Shown here: one piece after another, positions 26,477 to 36,515 of the stretch | Numbering within the stretch: the first letter of the stretch is position 1 | Layout of the letters: the number at the start of each line of letters is the position of its first letter | Source of the DNA: Deinococcales bacterium | GTDB lineage: Bacteria > Deinococcota > Deinococci > Deinococcales > JAAFIG01 | Reading direction: 5' to 3' | Length of the DNA stretch: 64,000 nucleotides | NCBI GenBank assembly: GCA_043778225.1 | Contig: JAYWGM010000056.1 | Span: 20,594 to 84,593, forward strand | Notes under the pieces: generated by a model | Told to the model about the DNA's origin: nothing | Database searches by the model: none | Seen by the model: only the letters and a program-made list of their open reading frames with translations | Program-made: the position numbers and the translations under genes

Positions 26477-28732
26477 ATGCTGAGCGTTTGTTTAATCGGT
26501 CTACCTCAGTTTTTTTATGCCGAACAAGCCCTGAATGTCAAGGGTAAGCCAGCTACATTGTTGGCGTTGATTGCGGCACATCATCCGACTGGTTTAAGTC
26601 GCGCCCAAGCCGAGCGCTATTTATGGGGGCGCGAAGCTGCTCAGAATTTACGTCAAGCAATTTATAGTTTGCGTCAATTGCCTTTTGCGAACGATTGGCT
26701 GCTGGTTTCAGATAAGTTGCTTTTGCAAAATATAACCTTGATTAGCTCAGAAACAGACCTTGAATTGATGCAGGGTATGGAAAGTTTACTCAGCGATGAA
26801 GGACTTGAGTGGCTGAGTATCCAACGCGAAAAAAAGCGTTTAGAACGCCGCAGTCACCTCCTACAAACTGCCCTACAAAGCCAAGGTCAAGCTCAGATTC
26901 AACTGCTTGAGGAGTTATTGCAACTTGACCCACTGCATGAAAGTGCAGTTCAGTTATTGATTTCGGCTTATTTGCAAAATCGGGCTCGAGTCAAAGCGAT
27001 TGAGGTATTTGAGCGTTTCAAAACAGTTTTACGAACCGAACTGAATGGCTCACCACTGGCAGCTACAGTCGCCCTGCTCGAGACGGGTAGATTGGCTATC
27101 CCAGACTTTGAGCGTTTTAAGCGAGCTTATGCCGTGGTTGGTGTTTTGGATACAGCTTTAATCGCTAAACTACTTGAACGTGACGAATTAGAAGTGGCTG
27201 AGGTTTTGACTGGCTTTGAATTGCCCAACTTGGAAAAAGTACGCTCCGAAACCCCACAGGCGATTTGGCAACTGTTGAACCGCCGTGCTGCACTAGCCTT
27301 AGCCGATTCAGCAGAAAGAGCCGCTAGGCACTGGCTTGAGGCAGGGGAGACCACTCAAGCAGCCACGGCTTGGCTGGATTTTGCCGAGCAGCGTTTTGGT
27401 ACAGATTTAGGTCAGTCTTTGGCGCTGAGTCAAAAAGTGCTTGGACTCGAGACCAACATCACTTTGCAGCTTCGGTCATATTTGCTTCAACAGCGTATCT
27501 TTGAAATTCAAGCCAATTGGCAGGCTTTAGAGGCTTTGGTTGGTCAATTATTTACCTTGGCGCGGACAAGTCAAGACGACAATGTTGAATTTGCTGCCTA
27601 TCAAGTACAGGCTTCTTGGCTGCTGCGAACAGGTCAAGCCCAAACTGCCCTAGAAGTAAGTTTAGATGCGACTCGAGCCGCCAAACGCTTAAACGACCCT
27701 GTAAAACTCGAGCAGGTAAGTTTACTGCAAGGCACTGCTTATTTGCAGCTTGGGAATTTCCCAGAAGCCAAAAAACTGCTCGGTTCATTGGTTCAGGCTA
27801 CAGCCCCAACAACCCGTTTATCGGCTTGCTCCAATTTGGGGGCTATCGAGGGGTTCAGTAACAATTTAGAAAGCGCCCTTGATTATTTTGAACAAGCCTT
27901 GCAACTGGCGCGGCAAACCCAAAACTTAGCGATTTCGGCACGGGTGGTACAAAACATCGCCACGACTGCCGAAAAACTCGAGCGCTTTGAACGTGCCAAG
28001 ACTGGTTGGCGCGAAGCCATTGGGATTGCTGAGCAAATATCCGATTCACACAGCTTGGGTGTGGCATATGCCAATTTAGCCCTGACCCACTTTAAGGCTG
28101 GGCAAGTCGGTTTAGCCATGAACACTGCCCTCGAGACCCTAGAAATTCAACCACTCAGTCCAGCCGCTCGGTTTACTGCCCTGAACACCCAAGCGGCGGT
28201 GTGGCGCTATCTCGCCGATGAACAAGCAGCCCTAGGGTTGTACCAATCGGCTTTAGAACTTGCCCAAAGTCAAGAAAATGCCCGTTGGATTGCCGATACC
28301 GAGTGTAACTTGGCATTTATGGCGTGGTTAGCCAACCCAGCCCTCGAGCCAGCGTTTTTAGCCAGCTTAGAAGCCCCCGCCACCGCCAATGTGATTGAAG
28401 AAATGAAACTCGAGTACGGGCTGTACAGCCATAACCCAATTCAGATTCGGGCGTTGTTGCCCAAACCCCTCGAGCGTCCGAGGCGGCGTTTAATCCACGC
28501 CATTGTTGAAGTGCGCCTAGCCATCCTCGAGCAAACAAGCACCGATGCAGATTTAGAAGCCCTGCTGAAGGCTGAGCCATTCCTAGAAACCCGTTTTGGT
28601 TGGTTGGTGCTTGCCCAATGGCTCGAGCAGCAAGGTCTGGATAGCCGTCAAGCCAAGGGTGCAGCCCGCCGAGTTTTTGCACAGCAATGCCAAGGTTTAC
28701 CGCGTTCCATAACTGCATTGACGCTCGATTGA
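26477..28732 (+). CDS. SARP/BTAD-domain transcriptional activator with TPR repeats
   Basis: N-terminal wHTH (LLALIAAH...LSRAQA..YLW...NLRQAIYSLR); BTAD (LLQLDPLHESAVQLLI...LRTELNGSP); C-terminal TPRs. Confidence 0.88.
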   Translation: MLSVCLIGLPQFFYAEQALNVKGKPATLLALIAAHHPTGLSRAQAERYLWGREAAQNLRQAIYSLRQLPFANDWLLVSDKLLLQNITLISSETDLELMQGMESLLSDEGLEWLSIQREKKRLERRSHLLQTALQSQGQAQIQLLEELLQLDPLHESAVQLLISAYLQNRARVKAIEVFERFKTVLRTELNGSPLAATVALLETGRLAIPDFERFKRAYAVVGVLDTALIAKLLERDELEVAEVLTGFELPNLEKVRSETPQAIWQLLNRRAALALADSAERAARHWLEAGETTQAATAWLDFAEQRFGTDLGQSLALSQKVLGLETNITLQLRSYLLQQRIFEIQANWQALEALVGQLFTLARTSQDDNVEFAAYQVQASWLLRTGQAQTALEVSLDATRAAKRLNDPVKLEQVSLLQGTAYLQLGNFPEAKKLLGSLVQATAPTTRLSACSNLGAIEGFSNNLESALDYFEQALQLARQTQNLAISARVVQNIATTAEKLERFERAKTGWREAIGIAEQISDSHSLGVAYANLALTHFKAGQVGLAMNTALETLEIQPLSPAARFTALNTQAAVWRYLADEQAALGLYQSALELAQSQENARWIADTECNLAFMAWLANPALEPAFLASLEAPATANVIEEMKLEYGLYSHNPIQIRALLPKPLERPRRRLIHAIVEVRLAILEQTSTDADLEALLKAEPFLETRFGWLVLAQWLEQQGLDSRQAKGAARRVFAQQCQGLPRSITALTLD

Positions 28733-28750
28733 CGCGACCCATTGCACAAT
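28717..28750 (+). promoter_or_regulatory. SARP-type direct-repeat operator and promoter
   Basis: ATTGACGC at 28717 and 28728 (11-nt period), then CACAAT -10 box at 28745 and ATG 6 nt after it. Confidence 0.55.
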
Positions 28751-28756
28751 AACCCC

Positions 28757-28939
28757 ATGTACACCCGCGACGAAAGTACCTATATTTTGCGTCTTTGGTC
28801 AGATGGCGGAACGTACCGCGTGCAACTCGAGGATTTACGCAACCACGAAAAACAATTGTTTTTGGATGTGCGTGAATTCGAGGTTTTTCTCGAGGAGCGC
28901 GTGGCTTGGCAAGTCAAAAAGGAAAAGGTGGAGATATGA
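28757..28939 (+). CDS. small protein of the YILRLW type found next to BTAD regulators
   Basis: MYTRDESTYILRLWSDGGTYRVQLEDLRNHEKQLF...FL; stop overlaps the next ATG (ATGA). Confidence 0.7.
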   Translation: MYTRDESTYILRLWSDGGTYRVQLEDLRNHEKQLFLDVREFEVFLEERVAWQVKKEKVEI

Positions 28940-30126
28940 AAAAAGAACTTTGTGGCGTGGTGATTGGTGTGGGACTGACTCTGGGCGCTCTGGCTTTGGC
29001 GCAAAGTGTGCAACGCACCCTGAATGTGCTGGTCAATGGGCAAGTAAACGCAGACAAAGCGATTGTGGTGAACAACACCAGTTATGTACCAGCTCGGGTG
29101 TTGCGAAATTTTGGTGTGACAGTCACGGCACAAGGCAATAATTTACTCCTGAATGGCATGGGTGGCTCGAGTCCGAGCGGTGCTGCAAGTAATCCTGTCT
29201 CGAGCAATGCTGGTGCGGCTGGCACAACCCAGTTGGCTGGCTCGAGTGGACAACTGAACACCGCCTACACCATTGGTAAGAATACGCCAATAAACTTTAA
29301 CTTGACTGCGGCAAGCTATAGCCTCGAGCCAGTCAGTATTCAAAATGAAGTTTACTCGGCAAATCAAAACCAGAAACTCTTGGTGCTGCGTTTTGTGGTG
29401 CAGAACCCCGCGCCAAGGGACTTGCTAGTCAGTTGGCGTAGCCTGAACATCACGGCGGTGGATGATAAAGATGTCAATCATAAATTCGAGGCGTATTGGG
29501 CGCGAACAGGTGAGGTTGCCGATTATGCCGCCAATCTCAAACCCTCACAGCGCGTGGATTTGACCACGGCTTGGGCAGTTCCAGCCAATGTACGAATTGT
29601 GAAGTTACTCATCGAAGGCGAAGCCAATGCGCCTATTTTGCGTTACGACCTGAGTGGTAAAATTGCGCCTTTGGCAGCACCATACAGCACCGACGGTTTT
29701 ACTGCCCTGCCAGAAGTTGCAGCCCAAATCGGACAGAGTTATATCCTTAAAAATTTCTCGGCTCGAGTCGAACAAATTGCCTTCAGCAACGCCCAAATCG
29801 AAGGGCGTACCCCAGAAGCGGGTAAACGGTTTTTGGTTGCCACCATCAGCCTTAAAAACCTCAGTAAAAACCAAGGCTTACGGGTAGACCGCAACACCAT
29901 TTTGGCGGGATTGCTCGATGCCGATGGCGGAACTCGAGGCAACGACAATTATTTGGTGCGACCATCCAACGGCGAGTTTTTTGAAGCCCCCGAAGTGCGC
30001 CCCAGTGCAGAGGTACGTTTTAATGCCTATTACGAAGTCGAGAACAGCTTGGGCTTAAAAACTTTCACCCTGCGCGAAGGCGAAAGCGGACGGGTATTTG
30101 CCTATAACCTAAGCGACTTGCGTTAA
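28936..30126 (+). CDS. secreted protein with two Ig-like (DUF4352-like) domains
   Basis: GGAG RBS; signal peptide ending ALA|Q; duplicated LVLRFVVQN / FLVATISLKN modules. Confidence 0.8.
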   Translation: MKKELCGVVIGVGLTLGALALAQSVQRTLNVLVNGQVNADKAIVVNNTSYVPARVLRNFGVTVTAQGNNLLLNGMGGSSPSGAASNPVSSNAGAAGTTQLAGSSGQLNTAYTIGKNTPINFNLTAASYSLEPVSIQNEVYSANQNQKLLVLRFVVQNPAPRDLLVSWRSLNITAVDDKDVNHKFEAYWARTGEVADYAANLKPSQRVDLTTAWAVPANVRIVKLLIEGEANAPILRYDLSGKIAPLAAPYSTDGFTALPEVAAQIGQSYILKNFSARVEQIAFSNAQIEGRTPEAGKRFLVATISLKNLSKNQGLRVDRNTILAGLLDADGGTRGNDNYLVRPSNGEFFEAPEVRPSAEVRFNAYYEVENSLGLKTFTLREGESGRVFAYNLSDLR

Positions 30127-30183
30127 TTGAAATGATGCTGTTCTCGGGTTTTACGGCTCGAGGTGCTGGGTTTTGGAGGAACA

Positions 30184-32841
30184 ATGAAAATTTTACTGAT
30201 GCTGACTTGGTTTCTTTTTGGTGGTTTGGCTTATGCCCAAAACCTCTGCCAAACTTGGGCAGTTCCTAGCACCCAAGTCGCACCCTTTTCGGGTTTGGTC
30301 TTCTCGAGCAACGCCAAAATCAAAGCCGTAGAAGCCTTTATCAACAACACTTGGCAACTCTTACCCAGCCAGAACATTGCACCCGATAAACTCGAGTGGC
30401 TTGTACCAATGGCAGACCCAGACCGTGGTGGACAAATCAAAGTACGGGCATTGGTCTCGAGCCAAACCAACCCTACCCAAGCCCAAGTGCAAATCTGCCC
30501 CGAAAAAAGCCTGACGGTGGCTGCCCTACCCGCAGTCGGTGCAACAAATTCGCTTTCTAAAATCCAAGCGGTGTGGCAAAAAAACCTCCAAACCCTCAAA
30601 ACTAGTTTGGGCGCATTTGGCGAATACACCCTGCCCGAAACCATCGAAAATGGTGTTCTCGAGCAATTTCCAGTGCCTGTGCAACCGATCATTCTGCTCG
30701 AGTTGCTACTGAGAAGTAAAAATAATCTTCAGGCTTTAGCCGAGGGCAGCGCCCCAGTCTTGGGTGGTTTAAGTCGTGAGCAAAAAACCTTGTTTGCTCG
30801 TGTGCTGCAAGCCCTGCCAGTCTCGAGTCCAGCCCCGCTTAAACTCAGTCCGCCCAGACCGCTTTTTACCATTTCAAACAATAAAAAATCCTTGCCAGAG
30901 CTTGAGCATATTTTGTTCAAAAAGTCTCAGAATTTATCATCGTTGGTTGGTTGTACCGAAAGCACCATGATCGCTTCGCAGCTTCGGGATTGTTTGAACT
31001 GGCAGCAAGAAATCAGCAGTTGGAACGATGCCGAAAGCGCCTATAAAAATGATGCCTACAAAGTTTTAGGAGCAATGTCATTGGCTGGAATGGTGATTCC
31101 ACCACTCGAGGTGGCTGCAACGGTTGCGGGCTTGGCGGTTTATTTGCATCAACTGACCATCGAGGCAATGGATGGCTTATTCCCCTCGAGTTTAGAACCC
31201 TTAAAAGTTAATATGCCACCACGGGCTTTATTTGAAGATGTTGAAAATGCGCCATCAGGACTACTGCCGTTGCGCTGGCAAGACGAAGTAGAAGTGGTTG
31301 CCAAAACCAAAGGCTATAAACTTAATGCCCTAGCGATTGGTGATGGTTTACTCAACAGTATTGGGTATACCAAGGTTATCATTGGGGCAAGCAAATCAGC
31401 CCGAATTTTTGGTCGAGAACTTGGTAAGACTGAATTAGCACAAGATATTGGCGATATTGGTGCTGAAGCAATCAAAGCAGTGCTTGCCGAAGCTGGCTTA
31501 AACCAGAGTATCCAAGATGCCTTACCGGGTTTTGATACCCCCGCTAGAACCATCACCGCTGCTTTAATACGACCAGAATCGCTGGATGTTTTTGTCCAAC
31601 CCGCCGATGGGACGTTTGTGGTCAGACCTCAAGAATCTGGTGTGGATTACTTTGGTTTACGTGACCGTGACCGCCGCAATTTTAGTTTGACCTTTGAGTC
31701 CGAAGAAAAAAATAATTACTTTCCAAACGGTTTGGTGGCTCGAGCCAAACTTGATTTAAGCGTACCCAAACTGGCTTTGCGTTTTACGTCTCGAGATAAA
31801 GTCAAGCCCGGTGAAACTGTGAATATCGGTGTGACCATCGAGAATGCCTACTTAAAACGCGCTATATTTGACCAACCAAGAATTGGTGATATTAAGGCAT
31901 TAAACGGTGATGGAACATCTTTTACCTATACAGCCCCAAAAGATGTTGTCATACCGAAAGGACAGACAAGCATCGTGGTTCAACTGACTTTCCGTCATAG
32001 CACACGCCGCGATATTACAGGTACGTTGCTGATGCGAATCGAAGCTACCCCAAGAATTGTGCTTTCGCCCGGTGGTGGCTGTTTGACCAGCGAGGGTAAG
32101 CGCCAACTGAAAGCCCAAGTCTTTGATTTGCAAAATCCCAAACTCACATGGCAGGTGCTTTCTGGGACAGGTTCAATTTCGCAGTCTGGCTTGTACACAG
32201 CCATCAAAAATCCTCCTGTCCAGGAAGTGGTTATCGAAGCCAAAGCCACTGGCACGGCGGGTGAAACAGTACGCACAGTCACGCAAACCTTGCGTCTTAC
32301 GGTGGGCAAATGCACTTGCTTTGCCGAATTTAGTACACCGGACGGACGATTTACGGGCAGAACCATGTATTTTGACAAAAGTGGCAGCACCTTGCGTATT
32401 GCTGGTCCGATTGTGATGTTCACCCCACAAAGTGTGGTCAATCAAAGTATCACCAATGCAGTACAACAATCGATTATTTTTGGTGCAACCTTGCAAGGTG
32501 GACAGGTCAGTTCAGAAAGTATTGTGGTGTTTAATAATCTTAAATACAACTGGAATGGCGCTCAGTTGCTGCGCTCAATGGTTGCCGATTCTCGAGACGG
32601 CGCAGATGTGCGGTACACCATCAGCAAACAAACCCCAGACCGACTCGAGGGCAGTCTAAGCGGTAATTGGGTATCAAAAGATTTTGACCGCGTAGAAAAA
32701 TGGCGTGAAAATCGGGTTGGCGGGACAGTTGAAGTCTGGGGTAAGGTTTTTGCACGACTTGACTTTATTGCTGTTCGCGGTGCATTGGTGGCTGGAGGAA
32801 TAACTGTTGGTACAAAGGATGTTGGTAAATGTCTCAAGTAG
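30184..32841 (+). CDS. large secreted hypothetical protein with Ig-like segments
   Basis: GGAGGA RBS; signal peptide AYA|Q; LTWQVLSGTGSISQSGLYTA Ig-like motif. Confidence 0.8.
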   Translation: MKILLMLTWFLFGGLAYAQNLCQTWAVPSTQVAPFSGLVFSSNAKIKAVEAFINNTWQLLPSQNIAPDKLEWLVPMADPDRGGQIKVRALVSSQTNPTQAQVQICPEKSLTVAALPAVGATNSLSKIQAVWQKNLQTLKTSLGAFGEYTLPETIENGVLEQFPVPVQPIILLELLLRSKNNLQALAEGSAPVLGGLSREQKTLFARVLQALPVSSPAPLKLSPPRPLFTISNNKKSLPELEHILFKKSQNLSSLVGCTESTMIASQLRDCLNWQQEISSWNDAESAYKNDAYKVLGAMSLAGMVIPPLEVAATVAGLAVYLHQLTIEAMDGLFPSSLEPLKVNMPPRALFEDVENAPSGLLPLRWQDEVEVVAKTKGYKLNALAIGDGLLNSIGYTKVIIGASKSARIFGRELGKTELAQDIGDIGAEAIKAVLAEAGLNQSIQDALPGFDTPARTITAALIRPESLDVFVQPADGTFVVRPQESGVDYFGLRDRDRRNFSLTFESEEKNNYFPNGLVARAKLDLSVPKLALRFTSRDKVKPGETVNIGVTIENAYLKRAIFDQPRIGDIKALNGDGTSFTYTAPKDVVIPKGQTSIVVQLTFRHSTRRDITGTLLMRIEATPRIVLSPGGGCLTSEGKRQLKAQVFDLQNPKLTWQVLSGTGSISQSGLYTAIKNPPVQEVVIEAKATGTAGETVRTVTQTLRLTVGKCTCFAEFSTPDGRFTGRTMYFDKSGSTLRIAGPIVMFTPQSVVNQSITNAVQQSIIFGATLQGGQVSSESIVVFNNLKYNWNGAQLLRSMVADSRDGADVRYTISKQTPDRLEGSLSGNWVSKDFDRVEKWRENRVGGTVEVWGKVFARLDFIAVRGALVAGGITVGTKDVGKCLK

Positions 32842-33302
32842 CTCGTACCTTGTTGTTTGTTTGTGTTTGCCTTGGTGCGGCAATGGCTGCACCTCTACTC
32901 GGCTCGAGCAGCGATTTTTCAAATACGGCTTTTTGTAAAACCTATCAGTGCCAGCGCATCGCCCAAGATGTGGTTGTTTCTGGTTTAATCGAAGACAGGT
33001 ACAAGCTAAACGCCGACCCTAGCCGTGGCATTTTGCCTGTGCTGGTGGTTTACACGCAAAACAACCGACTCAAGGGGGTCAGTTTTGAATATGGTACGAA
33101 TATTCAAAACTGGCTTGCCGATGGTGACAGCCTTAATCAAATGCTGCGAGATTTAGCCCTCGAGGTGCTAGGAGTGCGTTGGGATGCTACACAAATCCTT
33201 AATCCAAAACAAGTAATCCACGCCAGAAAGCGGCTTTTGGGGGATGTTGAATTAATTCCCGCAAGGGCTCAGGTTGCAAATTCAAAGCCTCTAAATCCGT
33301 AA
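32829..33302 (+). CDS. secreted hypothetical protein, probably 3'-truncated
   Basis: Signal peptide; start overlaps the upstream stop; the last ~35 codons run antisense over the Nudix gene. Confidence 0.55.
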   Translation: MSQVARTLLFVCVCLGAAMAAPLLGSSSDFSNTAFCKTYQCQRIAQDVVVSGLIEDRYKLNADPSRGILPVLVVYTQNNRLKGVSFEYGTNIQNWLADGDSLNQMLRDLALEVLGVRWDATQILNPKQVIHARKRLLGDVELIPARAQVANSKPLNP

Positions 33303-33630
33303 TATCCGCCCAGAAGAACTCGAGATGCGCCTCTCTCGAGTTCACATTTGTGTCGGCTAGGCTCGCTTCAAACAAATGATTGATTTCAAAATGCACAGTG
33401 TCACCCAGTTTCAAAGTTGCCTCTACTGCCCCAAGGTAACGCCCAATGGTCGCAGTGCAACCCAGTTCTTCCAACAGTTCTCGAGCAATTGCAATTGGCA
33501 CAGACTCACCGATTTCGACGTGACCACCAGGTAGAAAAGTGTGATTCGCACCAATGGCTCGAGCCAGTAAGACTTTATTTCCCAGCCTAATAACTGCCCG
33601 CCCCAGAAGATGAAAACGCTGATTTACCAC
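33199..33630 (-). CDS. NUDIX hydrolase
   Basis: Nudix box LPGGHVEIGESVPIAIARELLEELG. Confidence 0.92.
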   Translation of the reverse strand: MVNQRFHLLGRAVIRLGNKVLLARAIGANHTFLPGGHVEIGESVPIAIARELLEELGCTATIGRYLGAVEATLKLGDTVHFEINHLFEASLADTNVNSREAHLEFFWADITDLEALNLQPEPLRELIQHPPKAAFWRGLLVLD

Positions 33631-34016
33631 AAAACCTTAACATCAATCGAATCTTCAAAAGCCTGGTCAGCACTTATTAAAATTAATCCTTCAACCTTGG
33701 CTTGTGCATAAATTGCTCGATCAAAAGGGTCACCCTGCGGTAATTGCACACTTGAAGTTTCAAGTCCATGCTGTAAAGAAAACGGTAAGTCTCGAGCGCC
33801 AATTTTTTGTAAATGCGAATCAAATTGCGGAAGAATATGAACCGCTTCTGGCATCTTTCCGATACGGTATTTCATGGCGATTTCCCAAGCCGTAATACTC
33901 GAAACAAGTAATTCAGCATCAGGATTATCGAGAACGCGACGAACCACCGATGATAATTTTTTTGGTTCACGAATGACCCAAATAAAAACATGGGTATCCA
34001 AAAGGTATGATTTCAT
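33624..34016 (-). CDS. vapC: VapC PIN-domain toxin
   Basis: YLLDTHVFIW, VSSITAWEIAMK, GDPFDRAIYAQA...LISAD. Confidence 0.93.
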   Translation of the reverse strand: MKSYLLDTHVFIWVIREPKKLSSVVRRVLDNPDAELLVSSITAWEIAMKYRIGKMPEAVHILPQFDSHLQKIGARDLPFSLQHGLETSSVQLPQGDPFDRAIYAQAKVEGLILISADQAFEDSIDVKVLW

Positions 34017-34246
34017 TTGAACATCTCAAAATCCATTTGCTCCATGCAGCGCTGGTCAAAATCTGGTTCAAGTGGAAAGTCTAAGAAACCCAATTCACGT
34101 TTTCTTGGTTTGTTCTCGAGCGGTAAGAATCGAATTAAGGGTTTTCCGCGCCTGGCTAAAATAATCTGTTCGCCGTTCAAAGCACGGTCTATCAGTTGTG
34201 AGAGCTGCGTTTTGGCTTCGTAGACATTGACTGTTATGGTTTCCAT
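34013..34246 (-). CDS. Phd/YefM family antitoxin
   Basis: VNVYEAKTQLSQLIDRALNGEQIILARRGKP; ATGA overlap with vapC. Confidence 0.92.
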   Translation of the reverse strand: METITVNVYEAKTQLSQLIDRALNGEQIILARRGKPLIRFLPLENKPRKRELGFLDFPLEPDFDQRCMEQMDFEMFK

Positions 34247-34277
34247 AGTAGACCAAGTTTAGCATAGTAGACCAAGT
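34244..34277 (-). promoter_or_regulatory. direct-repeat operator of the TA pair
   Basis: CATAGTAGACCAAGT exact copies at 34244 and 34263, covering the -10 region and the start codon. Confidence 0.6.
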
Positions 34278-34371
34278 AATTCCTATCCTAAAGCAAATAA
34301 AGCTGCCTGTACTGTCTTTTGGCTTCAGGTATCGCCCTAAATTCCTTAAACTCGAGAATAAACGACCCTTG

Positions 34372-34395
34372 TTATTGAGAATCAATTATCAGTAA
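34372..34395 (+). promoter_or_regulatory. Fur/Zur-family box upstream of the COG0523 gene
   Basis: TTATTGAGAA-TCAA-TTATCAGTAA imperfect palindrome, similar to the box at 36460. Confidence 0.7.
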
Positions 34396-34396
34396 G

Positions 34397-35599
34397 ATGC
34401 GCCAGATGAATACTGCTCCTTTACCCGTAATCGTGTTATCTGGCTTTCTTGGCAGTGGCAAAACCACGCTCCTCAATCATATTTTGGCAAACCGTGAAGG
34501 CAAACGGGTGGCAGTGATTGTCAATGATATGTCCGAAGTCAACATAGACGCGCAAATTGTGCAAAACGAAGCCCATTTATCCAGAACCGAAGAAAAGCTA
34601 ATCGAAATGAGTAACGGCTGTATCTGCTGCACCCTGCGCGAAGACCTGCTACTCGAGGTTGGAAAACTGGCTAAGGAAGGGCGTTTTGATTATGTGATTA
34701 TCGAATCCACGGGTATTTCCGAGCCGCTACCGGTTGCCGAAACCTTTACTTTTGAAGATGAAAACGGACAGAGCCTAAACAGCATTGCGCGGCTTGATAC
34801 GATGGTCACAGTCGTGGATGGGTACAACTGGCTGCGCGACTGGGATGCTGCCCAGAGCCTACGCGAACGCGGCGAAACGGCAGGCGAAGGCGATGAGCGC
34901 ACCGTTACTGATTTACTGGTCGAGCAAGTTGAATTTGCCAATGTGCTGCTCTTAAACAAAACCGATTTGTGTACGGTTGAAGAAATCTCGAGACTCGAGG
35001 GGATACTGCATCATCTCAATCCAGTGGCTAAAATTATTCACTCGAGCTTTGGCAAAGTTGCCTTAGATAAGGTGCTGGGAACTGGTTTATTTGATTTTGA
35101 CCAAGCCAGTCAAAATGCAGGTTGGTTGCGTGAAGCAAGGGGCGAACACACCCCAGAAACCGAGGAGTATGGCATCTCGAGTTTTGTGTACCGTTCGCGT
35201 AAACCATTTCACCCCGAACGTTTTCATAAAGCCTTGCAAGGAAATTTTGTAGGCGTGGTACGTTCCAAAGGGCATTTTTGGCTGGCTTCACGCATGGAAT
35301 ACGCGGGTTCATGGGCGCAAGCTGGGCGCGTAGCACGGTTTGATATGGCGGGTTTTTGGTGGGCAGCCGTGGATAAATCGCAACGCTCCGACGATCCAGA
35401 ATTCTTGGGGTATCTCGAGGATATTTGGGCAGAACTTTATGGCGACCGCCGCCAAGAAATTGTCTTTATTGGCGTAAAAATGGACAAAGCCCTGATTGAA
35501 AACCAGTTAAATGCTGCGCTGCTGACCGATTCGGAAATGCTCGAGCCTGAAAAATGGGAATTTTACGCTGACCCATTTCCAATTTGGGGCAACGAATGA
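34397..35599 (+). CDS. COG0523 (CobW/YciC/ZigA) zinc metallochaperone GTPase
   Basis: [65 protein letters not shown]; start may be 34406. Confidence 0.95.
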   Translation: MRQMNTAPLPVIVLSGFLGSGKTTLLNHILANREGKRVAVIVNDMSEVNIDAQIVQNEAHLSRTEEKLIEMSNGCICCTLREDLLLEVGKLAKEGRFDYVIIESTGISEPLPVAETFTFEDENGQSLNSIARLDTMVTVVDGYNWLRDWDAAQSLRERGETAGEGDERTVTDLLVEQVEFANVLLLNKTDLCTVEEISRLEGILHHLNPVAKIIHSSFGKVALDKVLGTGLFDFDQASQNAGWLREARGEHTPETEEYGISSFVYRSRKPFHPERFHKALQGNFVGVVRSKGHFWLASRMEYAGSWAQAGRVARFDMAGFWWAAVDKSQRSDDPEFLGYLEDIWAELYGDRRQEIVFIGVKMDKALIENQLNAALLTDSEMLEPEKWEFYADPFPIWGNE

Positions 35600-36441
35600 A
35601 ACGATGGCTATACTTACTGGCAATAGTGTTGTGTTTTGCCAGCGCCCAAAATAAACCCAAAACCGTGCTGGTCAGTTTTCTGCCACTTCTCGAGAGTGCC
35701 GAGCGAATTGCTGGGAATCGGCTCGAGGTGCGGATGTTGCTACCGGCTGGTGCAAGTCCGCATACTTTCGACCCAACGCCAAAGGATGTTTTAACGGTGC
35801 GTAATGCCGATTTACTGCTGGCTAATGGCTACGGCATTGATGCGTGGTTCGAGCGTTTATGGCGGGCGGGTGGGCAGCAAGCCCGTTTGATTAAACTGGC
35901 AGAGAAAGCCGAATTTCTTAGAATTGGAGAACCCGGACGGATAGATGCCCATGTCTGGCTCGATGCCAGCATCATGGCGAGTATGGCTCGAGAAATCGGT
36001 CAAGCCTACGCACTTTTTGACCCACCAAATGCCAATTTGTACCGTCTGGCAGCCGAACTCGAGCAGCAACGTTTACTGGCACTGCACCAAGAAATAAAAT
36101 TGTCGCTCGAGCCAATTAAAAATGCTGGGCTGGTGGTTTTTCATAATGCTTGGAATTATTTTGTGCGGGCGTATGGGCTGCGGGTTGCCGCAGTTGTGCG
36201 GGTTCAAGCCGAACGCGACCCGAGTGCTAAGGAAATTGCCGAGATTGTGCGCCTGATGCGCCGTGAGAATATCAAAGCGATTTTTGTTGAACCGCAATTA
36301 TCAGACCGCGTGGCTCGAGTGGTCGCCGCCGAGGTTGGTGCAAAGGTTTTTGTACTTGACCCCGAAGGCTCGAGTTTAGCTAAGGATTACACGGGTTTGA
36401 TGCGTTACAACGCAGCCGCTCTACTCAAAGCCTTGCGTTAA
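35596..36441 (+). CDS. ZnuA/TroA-family metal ABC transporter substrate-binding protein
   Basis: Signal peptide; [33 protein letters not shown]. Confidence 0.92.
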   Translation: MKRWLYLLAIVLCFASAQNKPKTVLVSFLPLLESAERIAGNRLEVRMLLPAGASPHTFDPTPKDVLTVRNADLLLANGYGIDAWFERLWRAGGQQARLIKLAEKAEFLRIGEPGRIDAHVWLDASIMASMAREIGQAYALFDPPNANLYRLAAELEQQRLLALHQEIKLSLEPIKNAGLVVFHNAWNYFVRAYGLRVAAVVRVQAERDPSAKEIAEIVRLMRRENIKAIFVEPQLSDRVARVVAAEVGAKVFVLDPEGSSLAKDYTGLMRYNAAALLKALR

Positions 36442-36459
36442 AAATTTGGCTTGCAAAAT

Positions 36460-36487
36460 GCTTATTGATAATGTATTCTCAATAAGC
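36460..36487 (+). promoter_or_regulatory. Fur/Zur-family box upstream of the aztD-like gene
   Basis: GCTTATTGATAA-TGTA-TTCTCAATAAGC, near-perfect 12-4-12 palindrome. Confidence 0.75.
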
Positions 36488-36515
36488 AAAACTGATAGCC
36501 CAAGGAGAACCACCC

